A stretch of 64,000 nt of DNA, from positions 1 through 64,000 of IMG/VR virus record IMGVR_UViG_3300048849_000076. The stretch is one strand, 5' to 3'. Under the pieces are notes generated by a model. It searched no databases. It saw nothing but the letters and a program-made list of their open reading frames with translations, and had not been told where the DNA came from. Every line of letters begins with the position of its first letter. Positions within the stretch are counted from its first letter, which is position 1. Source of the stretch: a virus. The position numbers and the translations under genes are program-made. Shown in pieces: positions 1 through 11,200 of this stretch.

Positions 1-1
1 G

Positions 2-316
2 TGCGGCTTCTACCTTCTCGACTGCCATCCATCCGACTACCGCCCCGGCGACGTGATCCTCTGCGCCGTAGATGCTCCGATCGGCAATCACGTCGCAGTC
101 TTCGTCGAGAATGGCCAAGTGCTCCATCATCTTTGGGGCCGGCTGTCAGTCGTCGAACCGTATCGAATGCTTCTCCGCAACACCACGGTCGCTGTGTTTC
201 GCCACAAGGACGTCGTCCTCAACAGTACTGAGACGATGGCTAACCTGCTCGACCTGGTGTCTCCACGCATCAAAAGGAAACTCGATGAACACCTCGGATC
301 TGCTGCCGCTGTATGA
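2..316 (+). CDS. NlpC/P60-like tail-associated peptidase (5'-truncated at window edge)
   Basis: Frame open from base 2 to TGA 314-316. GDVILCAVDAPIGNHVAVFVENGQVLHH resembles the His-bearing C-terminal core of NlpC/P60 peptidases found beside gpI/gpJ homologues. Confidence 0.6.
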   Translation, partial: CGFYLLDCHPSDYRPGDVILCAVDAPIGNHVAVFVENGQVLHHLWGRLSVVEPYRMLLRNTTVAVFRHKDVVLNSTETMANLLDLVSPRIKRKLDEHLGSAAAV

Positions 317-605
317 AGGACCGCACGAGCGGTGTGGCTTCATCCTGAAAACAGGCGAGATCGTCGAGGTGCCGAACATTTGCCCCGAGCCCGAAGGTGG
401 CTTTGATATGCGGGGCGCTGACCTGGTTGTGTTCCCCCAGCTGTCCCAAGCAACCTGGCACACGCATCCTGGGGAAGACTCCAACCTCTCATCGGGTGAC
501 TACCTCACCTTCCTCAACTGGCCCGAGCTCGACCACTACATCATCGGCAACGATGGTGTGACGAAGTTCGTCGTCGAAGACGGAGATGTTCTCGTTGCTT
601 CGTAA
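285..605 (+). CDS. JAB/MPN metalloprotease-domain tail protein (lambda gpK MPN-half-like)
   Basis: ATG 285 with AAGGA 6 nt upstream. Exact JAMM motif HTHPGEDSNLSSGD (HxHx7Sx2D). Confidence 0.8.
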   Translation: MNTSDLLPLYEGPHERCGFILKTGEIVEVPNICPEPEGGFDMRGADLVVFPQLSQATWHTHPGEDSNLSSGDYLTFLNWPELDHYIIGNDGVTKFVVEDGDVLVAS

Positions 606-1149
606 GGTTTACCTCCACGGCTACTTCTCCGCTTTTCACGACGGGCCTATCATGGTCGCCGGCGATACGGTGGCTGAGATCGTCGAGGCCGTCACTCGCC
701 AGCTCAAGGGCTTTCAACCTGATCCCGTCAGGGGCCGTCATCGTATCAAAGTGGTCGACTATGATACGGAAGAGGCGCTTTACGTCGCCCTTGGTCCTGA
801 TGTCGAAGAGATCCACATCGTTCCACAAATGAGCGGCGGCAAGAACGGAGGCTTGATGCAGATCCTCCTTGGTGCCGTTCTCATCGGCGTCGGCCTGTTC
901 TTGGGGGCTGGAACGCTCGTCGGATCGCTCATGATGAAGGTTGGCGCCCTTGCCCTACTTGGGGGACTGACGGCGCTCCTTGCCCCGAAACCTGAAACTG
1001 ACAGGGAGGAGAGGAAGCAAAGCTCCTATCTCGGCGCTCCAAAGAACACAGTGGCCATCGGCACCCGTATCCCGATCCTCTATGGCCGACACCGCGTGTT
1101 TGGCCACTACCTCTCCTTCGACATCAACGCAATCGAGTATAAACCATGA
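586..1149 (+). CDS. tail assembly protein, lambda gpI-like
   Basis: KVYLHGYFSAF N-terminal region, central Gly/Leu-rich hydrophobic segment, C-terminal PILYGRHRVFGHYLS. Position is just upstream of the gpJ-like gene. Confidence 0.75.
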   Translation: MFSLLRKVYLHGYFSAFHDGPIMVAGDTVAEIVEAVTRQLKGFQPDPVRGRHRIKVVDYDTEEALYVALGPDVEEIHIVPQMSGGKNGGLMQILLGAVLIGVGLFLGAGTLVGSLMMKVGALALLGGLTALLAPKPETDREERKQSSYLGAPKNTVAIGTRIPILYGRHRVFGHYLSFDINAIEYKP

Positions 1150-2186
1150 CGCGCCCCTCTGAAGATATGATCAAACAGGCCGTAGGCCAGACTGGCGGCT
1201 TTCGCCCCGCAGCTCGCTACCTTCGCGAACAGGGCTATGACATTGCGGAGTCCACGATCCGCAGCATGAAGAAGCGCTGGGAAGACAGCGACTTTGAGCT
1301 GGTTGAAGAGCCAAAGAAGTCGGTTGACATCGAGGCCCTCGTCGAGCGCCGCATCAACCAGTTTGCTCAGAAGCGGGAGAAGTTCGAACGCGAGAAGCTG
1401 ATCAAGGTCCGCGTCAACCGGGATGGTCCAATCGGCATTGGCTTCTTCGGTGACATGCACCTCGACGACGACGGCACGGACCTAGGCCAGGTTCTCGAGC
1501 ACGTCAATCTATTCGACGGTCGCAATGAAGGTCTCTACGCGGCGAACGTGGGTGACGTCTTCAACAACTGGGCTGGCCGGTTGGCTCGGCTCTATTCGGA
1601 GCAGAGCACGTCAGCTGACGAGGCCCTTGCTTTGGTGGAGTACGTGCTGCAGCGGATCGACTGGCTCTATTACACCGATGGCAATCACGATCTGTGGGGG
1701 CAGGGTGGCGACATCCTGAAACACATCCTGGCCAACCATGCGCTCGTTCATAAGTCGAACAAGGTTCGGCTGCAGCTGCAGCTCCCGAACGGACGAGACG
1801 TGAAGATCTATTCGGTGCATGGTTTCCGCGGGAAGTCGATGTGGTCGGAGTCGTATGGCGCTGCCAAGGCGGCACAGCTCGACGGTGAGCATCACGACAT
1901 CTACGTCGCCGGCCACATCCATACCTCTGGCTATGCCCATGGTATGCGACCATCATCGGCCCAGGTCTGGCACGCTCTTCAAGTCGCGTCCTACAAGAAG
2001 ATCGATCGGTATGCTGAGGAGCTCAACCTCGACGCCAAGGATCTCTACAATTGCCCCGTCGCTCTCATCGATCCCAATGCGACGAACGAGATGAACTTCA
2101 TCCGATTTGAATTTGATCCGGAGGAAGCGGCCGAACGTCTCAAGTGGATGCGGGCTCGCTGGCGGCAAAGTCTCACCGCCCACTGA
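1146..2186 (+). CDS. calcineurin-like metallophosphoesterase embedded in the tail operon
   Basis: Motif series GDMHLDDDG / GDVFNNW / GNHD / GHIH. ATGA start/stop overlap with the gpI-like gene. Confidence 0.8.
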   Translation: MTRPSEDMIKQAVGQTGGFRPAARYLREQGYDIAESTIRSMKKRWEDSDFELVEEPKKSVDIEALVERRINQFAQKREKFEREKLIKVRVNRDGPIGIGFFGDMHLDDDGTDLGQVLEHVNLFDGRNEGLYAANVGDVFNNWAGRLARLYSEQSTSADEALALVEYVLQRIDWLYYTDGNHDLWGQGGDILKHILANHALVHKSNKVRLQLQLPNGRDVKIYSVHGFRGKSMWSESYGAAKAAQLDGEHHDIYVAGHIHTSGYAHGMRPSSAQVWHALQVASYKKIDRYAEELNLDAKDLYNCPVALIDPNATNEMNFIRFEFDPEEAAERLKWMRARWRQSLTAH

Positions 2187-2269
2187 GCTGAAGGACTAAA
2201 TTCCGGAGGGCTGGAAAACATTCCTAGATCTCCCCATATACACTCGAAGCGAAATCGAGTGATCTCTCC

Positions 2270-5200
2270 ATGACAATTCAGGATATCTCCCTTCGGAAAC
2301 TCTCTGGTTCGAAGGGGGCCAAGAAGCCCACCAACACCGCCGACTCTCTCTTTGCTACGGATATTGTTGAGGCGCTTCTTGGGATCTCTGAAGGCCCAAT
2401 CATGGGGCTCGAGGATGGAGGTAAGTCTTACCTTATCGGTGAGACCAACCTTCAAGATCAGTCTGGGCAGAACAACTTTGATAACTTTGAACTGATCAAT
2501 TACAAAGGCAGCGAGGAAGGCGAGGAGATCTACTCCCGCCTCGGCGGCTTTGGTGCTTCCACCAGTGTTGGCACAGAGCTGGCCACCGATGTTGAAGTGA
2601 TCCGCAACGGTCAGCACACCGACATCGATTACCTCGACGTCCGGATGGTGATCAACCAGCTCGTTCGCCAGAATGACAAGGGCACGTTCAACCACACTGG
2701 GAAGTTCAAGGTCGAGTACAAGCGGGTCAGCGAAACCAACTGGCACGCGGTTCGGACGACGACGTCCCTTCCTCCGAAGGTTTCGGAGGCAAGCTTTGAT
2801 ACCTATTACGGTGACGCGGGCGAGAGCGATAAAATCAGCGCTTCCCCTGGTGATCGACCATCATACTGGTCGGAGAGCGAACCGGTCACGACGGCAACCT
2901 CGGGGATCTGGTTCGATAAGACGAGAAACAACCGGCCGCAGATTTTGAAGGAAGGCCAGTGGGTAGACCCGACTGGCCTTTCTCTTTCCAATGGAGTCTG
3001 GTCCTGGGCTGAAGCGTCTTCGTGGGGCAAGGACAAGCGGACGAAGGCGTTCGCAGCTGCATCGAGCGAGGGTGTTAAGTACGAGCAGGGCGATTACTTC
3101 CTCAACACCGGCACTCAGCAAGCTCTTTTCTATAATGGCTCGACATTCATCACCGCGGGCTCGTCGCTTCGCCCAGGTGGCTTTGGCGAAAATGGAACTG
3201 GTGGTTCCATCGAAGTCAAGAATGGTGAGATAGCGATCACGGCCAAGACGACTTCACCGTTCCCAAAGGAGTTCCGTATCCCGGTCCCGAGGGTCGACGA
3301 GCCGTACATGTTGCGGATCACGAAGACGTCGCCGGTTGACACGACGGAGAACTTCTTCTCGATCACATGGGAGAGCTTTCAGGAAGTCACTGCCCAGGCT
3401 TACAAGTTTCCAGCGCTGGCAACCACCCAGCTCATCGCTCGAGCGAGCGAGCAGTTCTCTTCTGTTCCTGACTTCTCGGGCATCTACCTCGGCCGCATCG
3501 TTCGTATCCCGTCGAACTATAATCCTGTCACCCGACTCTACACCGGTGTCTGGGATCTGACCTGGAAGCTCGGCTATACGAACAATCCCGCCTTCGTCAC
3601 CTATGACCTGGTGATGAATGACCGCTACGGGATGAACGCCTACTATCCCATCGTCCTCAACAAGATGGACATCTACGAAGCCGGCGTCTGGTGCGACGTT
3701 CGTACCGCATCTGGCAAGCCCCGCTTCACCTTCAACGGCCTGATCTCTGACCCTCGTGGCGGTCGTGACGCCATCAACTACCTTTGTGGGATCTTCGCCG
3801 GCCGCTTCTTCGACGACGGCAATGGTTCTGGTGTGATCCGCATCGACCGCGACGGCTCGCCGGCAATGACCTTTATGCCCGAGAACGTCGTCGATGGCGT
3901 CTTCACTTACTCGTTCACCGAGATCTCGACCCGCCACAACGACATCACCGTCTCCTTCACCAATGAAAATCTCGGATGGCAGACGGATCGGCGTCGGGTC
4001 CATGATCAGGATCATATCGACCAGTATGGTCGCATCCCGCACAACTTCGACGCTGTAGGCTGCACAGACGAAGAAGAGGCGATCCGCCGCGCCCGTTATC
4101 ATATGATCACCGGCATCACCGAGACGATGATGGTCAACTTCAAGACCAATCGTCAGGGCCTGTACCTGTCGCCCTATGACATGATCCTTGTTGCAGACGA
4201 GGACATGGAGTTCGGCCTCTCCGGTCGCGTCAAGAACGTTTCCGGCCCCCGCACCGTTCAGCTGCGTGATCCTCTGTTTCTTGAGAATGGCTTCGCTTAT
4301 CAGATCAGCTTCACGTTGATCAGCGATGCCACCGACGACTTCATTATCGAGCGCCGCGACCTTACTCCCACCTATGGCGCCCTCACGCAGCTGACGGTGA
4401 CAGAGGATCTTCCGGAGCTTCCGGAGGATGCGGTCTTCACGATCGAGCAGATCAATGGAGACGCAGCTCCGATCGCCTTCCGCGTTCTGAGCCTCAACGA
4501 GATCGATGGTGATCCGGACAACGTCGACATCCAAGCGATCGTTATGAACCGCGCCAAGTGGCTGTACGTCGATGGCTTGGTAGACACCATTGCCGAAACC
4601 TTGCCAAGTTCGATCGGGCAGGGGCGCCGGCCAGACCCCGTTGGCGAGATCCGCGTGGCAGCACAGGAGATCCAGCTCAACGGTCGCAAGGTCTATGACC
4701 TGCAGCTGGAATGGGACGCTAGCCCAACCAAGACGGTCACCTATTATCGGGTAAGGGCTTCACGTAATAACGATGCGATGAACACCATGGGTGAACCTGG
4801 TGTAACCCAGTTCTCGTGGACCGACGTCCCCGCCGGCGAATATCTTTTTGAGATCACGGCAATGGACGCTTTCGGCAACGAGAGCATGCCTCGCCAGATC
4901 GAACACCGCTTCATTGGTGACTATCGCGCCGTAGAGGCCGTCCTTGGTCTGCGGATGATGGACGAGCCATACGAAACTGTCTTTGAAAGCCAGTCACCGC
5001 GGTTTGAATGGGTAAAGAATGCTGCCCCTGACCACGCCGGCTACGTGCTGCAGATCCGCAAGCTCGACGGTGCGGTGGTTCGTGAGGAGCCGCTCGCGGG
5101 CGAGTTCTATCAATATGAGTATGCGAAGAACGTAGCAGACAACGGCGTGGCTCTCCGCAGCTTTACGGTCGCGATCGCGTCGAAGGACCAGTACGGCTTC

Positions 5201-8200
5201 TTGTCGCCGTTCCAGACCTTGACTGTGTCCAACACCGCGCCTGCAGCGCCGAAGTGGGTGTACGCTCAGAACAGTGGCGTCTCGAGCATCATCGTCGACA
5301 CGAATGCTCCGACCGAACGGGATTTCCAGAACGTTATTGTTCACGCCTCAACACAGCAGGGCTTCGTCCCAAGCGAAAGCACGATCGTCTACGAGGGGCC
5401 GAACAACAATATCACGATCGTTATCCCTGGGGCAAAGTACTACCTCCGCGTCGGCTTCAGCGACACGTTCTCCCACGCAGACCTCAACTGGTACGAGGAG
5501 GTTGCGGTAGAGGTGAAGTCGATCGCGGGCGACACCATCGCACCCGAAAAGCCAACGGGCCTGGCCGCGACGTCTATCATTCTCCCCACTGGTGAAGCCG
5601 AAACAACGTGGACTTGGAACCAGGTTCCGGACCTCGACCTCCAGGGATATGTCTTCGAGATCAAGGAAGGTGCTGGAAACTGGCTTGACGCCTTTGCGCC
5701 GAGCAATCAATTCGTTACGAAGTCTCTTCCAGGTGTCCAATTCACCGTCCGCGTCCTTGCCTACGACACCTCTGGTAATAAGTCGGCCTTCTCAGATGAG
5801 TTTACGTACCAGGTTGCTCGGGACACGGTACCGCCTGCTGTTCCTACGGGCCTTGAGGCAACGGGCACGTTCAACGGTGTGTGGCTGGCGTGGAATGCCA
5901 ACGTCGAAGCTGACTTTGCCCATTACGAGCTCTACGAAGCGGATACGGCGACACCTGTTCCGTCTCCCGACGCAGTCGCCACCTTCACAGGTCTGACAGG
6001 GACCACGACGTATCGTGGCAACCTGCCTGCAAGTACCACCAAGAGCTATTTCCTGCGAGCCGTTGACACGTCTGGCAACAAGTCTGCTTGGTCGGCGGTA
6101 TCCACCACCTCAACTCTGTCTCTCGAAGGCACACAGCCTGCGCCTGCCGTTCCAGTAGCGCCTACGCTTTCCAGCGTTCTTGTCGCGCAGAACGACGGTG
6201 GCTTCATTGCTAAAGTCACCGTGTCTTGGCCAGCGGTAGCGAACGCATCCAGCTATCAGGTCGGCGTCATCCGATCAGGAGCATCCGAAACAGTCCTAAC
6301 TGCAGGAACCAACTCCCTTGAGTTCGACGGGCTTCCTGGCGTCACCTATACCGTCCACGTCCGCTCCGTTGGCAACGTAGGGCAGAAGAGTGCTTTCGGC
6401 GCTGCTGCCAGCATTACGCCTACCGGAGACACTGTTGCGCCTGCCGCACCGGTAATCAGCACGGCTCAAGGCGGTTTCAACATCGCTTGGTTGGAATGGT
6501 CCCTGAATACTGAGAACGACTTCGACTATTATGAGGTCTATCAGTCAACCTCCAACGTCGCCCCAGCAGCAGATGCTACGGCTACCTATAAGGTCGGCAG
6601 CACCGCCCTTTCGGTAAACGACATTGCAGGACCGGCTACTGTCTATTTCTGGGTAAGATCGGTTGACACTTCCAAGAACAAGTCAGCTTGGTCGGCAGTG
6701 GCCTCCATCAACGTGCTCTCGCTCTCTGGCACCCAGCCAGCGCCAGCCGTACCGACTACGCTTGCTGCTACGAGTTCTGTGGTAGCCGTTGGCACTGATT
6801 TTGTGGCCAAAGTCAGAGTTACGTGGGTAGCCTCAGCTAACTCTGTTTCTTATGAAGTTGGGATCACTCGCGCAGGTGCAGCCGAGACCCTTCTGCCAGC
6901 CTCTACCAATTCTATCGAGTTCGATGGCGTCCCAGGGGTCGCATACACCATCAACGTCAAGGGCGTGAACAACGTCGGCACCAAGGGCGCCGCGACCGCC
7001 AACATCACACATACGGCAGCGGTCGATACAACCGCCCCAGCCGTACCTACGGGCCTGATAATCACTCCTGGCTTCGAGCATCTTTGGTTGCAGTGGACGC
7101 GAAACGCCGAAAGCGATTTCAGTTATTATGAAATCTACGAGAGCACCACTACGACGGCCCCGGCCGCAGGAGCTGCTGCTTCTTACGTCTCCTCGACAAA
7201 TCAACTAATTCGTCAGGGTCTGGCTGCCGGTGCAGTCATGAACTACTGGCTGCGGTCGGTTGACTTTTCAGGTAACAAATCTGCTTGGTCGGCTCGGGTT
7301 GGTGCAACGGTAGGCGGTTTGCAGACGGCTGATCTGACCGGCATTATCGACGCCACCAGTGTGGCGGCAGGACTGAGCATTCCAGGTGTCGGGGCAGCTC
7401 TTCCAGCTACCCCGTTCACAGCCACTACTCCGAAGACATTTTACCTGACCACGACCAGTGTTCTCTATAAGCAGAAGCTGGATGGGTCAGGATGGATCGC
7501 ACAGAGTGATGCATCGCTGATCGTCGGTAAGATCGTCGCTGGCCAAATCGAGGTCGGTGCTATCGGTGCGGACCAGCTCGCTGCTAACGCTGTCAGGGCC
7601 AAGCATATCCTGATTGGTGATCCCACGAACGTGATTGATCGTGGATGGTCGAAGAGCGATCAGACCGGTTGGCAGTTCCCCAGCACCGTGGGCTTCTACG
7701 AAGAAACTGCCACTGCGTTTAAAGGCCAATTTATTCTGGCTGCGAACGGTCGTGAACACGCCATATCTGACACTTTCGAAGTTACAGGTGGAGAAGGCTG
7801 GTACGTAGAGGCGTACTACAATAACACTGCTACGGAAGGTGCGGTAGTATTCCTGCACACTTGGGCGCCGGGGGGTACAGATACCTTTCAGGCTGCGCCT
7901 ATTGGCACGGTTAAGAACGCTTGGGCCAAGGCAGGCGGTATCCTCACCGTTCCGGCAGGTCACACGAAGGCCAACGTTTACCTCGTCTGTGATCGAGCAG
8001 GCGGCACCACGGGTACGAATACATATTGGACTAAGCCGCTCGCTCGGCGGGCCACAGGCACTATTCTGCTTGAGAACGGTGCGGTCACTGCCGATAAGGT
8101 AACCACTGGCGAACTGATCACGCTGTCGGCTCAGATCAAAAGTGCCACCATCAACAACGCGCATATCATCTCACTCGACGCGGGCAAGATCACCGCGAAC

Positions 8201-11200
8201 ACGGCTCTGCTTGGAAGTGTGACCGTATCCGGCACGGCACTTTCGACGGTTGTCACCAATGCTGCGACAGGTGCCCAAGACCCTGCTACCCGTATCAATG
8301 CTGCTGTCACAAAGATCGACCCCGGCAAGGTTGTAATTTCGGGTGCAAGCACTCTTGCTGATTGGAGGGGTGTGTCCGACACTACCACTATCAACGGGGG
8401 TAAGATCGAAGCGCAGTCCATCAAGACCACATCCATGGTGGTCGGCGGCTTCATGGCCAACATGGTCCCGAACGGGGACTTTGAAGAAGGCATTGTAGGC
8501 TGGAAGATACTTGAAACCGCAGGTTCTGGCATCGGCTTCTATAGCGAAGCCGGCGGTTATAGCGGTGGCTACAAGGTGGTCCTCAACAAAGCCGGAGGCA
8601 CTGGCAGCACAGGTGTAGCCATCAGCACTGTGGGCTTTATCCCCGTTGAAGGGGGAGAGCAGTACGAGCTGGCAGGATATGCTTACACTCCGGGAGGCTC
8701 AGTCAACGGGTTCTATTTCCGTGTCGTCTGGTATGACGGCAACTACGGCTTTCTCAGTTACAATAGTGCAGCAGAGAACGGTTCCACTACGGGTGCATGG
8801 CAGCGTTACAGCGTGCAGCCTACGGCTCCTGCTGGCGCAAGGTTCTGCACTATTACGATCTACAACTGGACCCCTTCGACCCAGCAATACCTTGCTGTCG
8901 ATGCGGTATCCCTCCGCCGGGCCGTTGAAGGTTCTCTGATCGTCAATGGAGCCATCACATCCGATAAGGTCACGACCGGGGAACTTATTACCCTCTCGGC
9001 GCAGATCAAAAATGCCATCATCAATGACGCGCATATTGCCAATCTGTCAGCAGCCAAGCTGACCGCGGGCTCGGCTCTTGCGGGTTCCATCACAGTTTCC
9101 GGGTCGGCGCTCAGCACTGTGGCTTCCAATGCAGCGACCGGAGCGCAAGACCCTGCCACCCGCATCAACGCGGCTGCGACCAAGATCGATCCCGGCAAGG
9201 TCACCATCTCAGGTGCGACCACTCTCGCCAACTGGCGAGGTGTCTCTGACACGACCAAAATCTATGGCGGCTCTATTGAGACCGACACCATTAGTGCGCG
9301 TCAGATTATCCTAACTGACAATGAAAACCTCATTCAGGACAGCCAGTTCGAACAGGGCATCCCATCGGACATTTGGTCCAGCAACTATCCGATCTATAAT
9401 GGAGGAACGCCCGGAGGACCGTCTACTTGGCTTTGGGCCGGTGCCTCCCAAACTGGCAAGCAGTGCCTGGTACTGGACAACGGCACGGACGGTGGGGCTA
9501 ACCTCCAAGTCTGGATACAGACCAGAGACTTCATTCCTGTCACGGCAGGGGATTGGCTCGCTTGGGACATCAGCACCAACACTAACCAGAATGGTCTTTC
9601 CAGTGGCCTGTATTACCGTATCCGTTGGTACACCAAAGATAAAGCAGTAGCGTCTCCCGAACTAACTGACGTGATTGGAAACGGCACGAGCCCGCTTAAT
9701 GTGTGGCAGAAGCAGTCGGGTAAGGTGCAGGTTCCTGCTAACGCGACCTACTGCATGGTTCAGGTTTACCACAACAACAATTCCGGCTCCCGGTATCTGT
9801 TCATCGACCGCATCTCTCTTCGGAAGGCAGAGGGTGCGGAGCTTACTGTCAACGGCTCCATCGTCGCAGCGCACCTGACTACGACTTCTGCTGTCATCAC
9901 TGGCACTGTCCAGATCGCAGACGCTATTGTTTCCAGCGCCAAGATTGTTTCACTCGATGCGGCTAAAATTCAGGCCAGCACAGTTCTTTCGAACACGATC
10001 CGAGTAGCTGGCAGCACTGGCCAAAACTTGGGAGATATCCAGAATTGGGCAACTGATCCTGGCACTCGTATCAATCAGGCGAACACTCGTATTGACCCAG
10101 GTAGGATCATCATCAGCGGTGGCACCTCGCTGTCCGACTGGCGTGGTACGTCCGACACGACCAAGATCAACGGCGGCAATATCGAGACCAACTCGATCCG
10201 CACTCGCTCACTGGTCATCCAGGCGACCGATGCCAACCTCATCACCAACGGTGATTTTGAAGATGGTATGAACGGTTGGGCTGTTGACGGTGTGGGTTCC
10301 GGCAACGCGATGTATTTGGAAGGCTCTGGCTCTTCCGGCACGAACGCACTGACTTTGATGCGGGGGACTAACACCACTTCTAATGGTGTTAACGCAATCA
10401 ACAACTACATCTTCCCGGTCGAAAGCGGGACGGTCTACGAATACACCATGATGGCCCGCTGCGTCTCATCCGCCGGCCTTTACATGCGTGTGCATTGGCA
10501 TGATGGGGCCAAAAATGCGATCAGCCCCAACTACACGGATGTTGTTGCCAACGGCGCAGTACCCAGCAATGATTTCACCCGCGTAGGTGGACAAGTAACC
10601 GCTCCTGCGGGTGCTAAGTTCGCCCGTGTCCAAATCTTCCTATGGACCGCTGCGACTAACAACTATCTAGTTTTTGATGAGGTGCTGTTCCGCAAAGTCC
10701 TGCAAGGCACATCCATTCAGGATGGCGTGATCACTACTTTCAAGATCGCAGCCGGGGCTATCTGGGGCGACCGAATTGCTGGTAATGCAATCACTGGTGT
10801 CCATGTAGCAGCCGGTACTCTCACCGCTGATAAGGCAGCGTTCGGCACCAGTGCCAATCTGATCCCCAACTCCGATTTCGGTTCTGGTATGACGGGTTGG
10901 GCTGCTTGGTTCTCAGGGGGTACTTGGAATGGCCCCAGCCTTCGAACCGATACATATGGCATCGCAACTGGCTCTCTTGAAGTATTACAGTCCGGTGCTC
11001 AGTCAAATGGTCAGTTTGCTGATGTCTTCCCTCGTAACGATAGCACTGGCGTAGCAAACAGGTTTAACGTTTCCGGTGGTGGGCGTTACGAACTATCAGT
11101 CTACGTCTATGGTCACCGAAGCGATTATTGCCGCGCCCACATAGAATGGAGAAACGCCAACGGTGACATTATCACCTATTCTTATTGGGACGGCATAACC

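Noticed and set aside
285-316. Programmed frameshift fusing the NlpC/P60 and JAB ORFs
   Set aside because: ATG 285 has its own AAGGA SD and there is no slippery heptamer in the overlap. Independent initiation is the simpler reading.
3254-4534. 426-aa minus-strand ORF (and other minus ORFs within 2270-11986)
   Set aside because: Shadow frames of the gpJ-like gene, which is continuous and carries recognisable domains.
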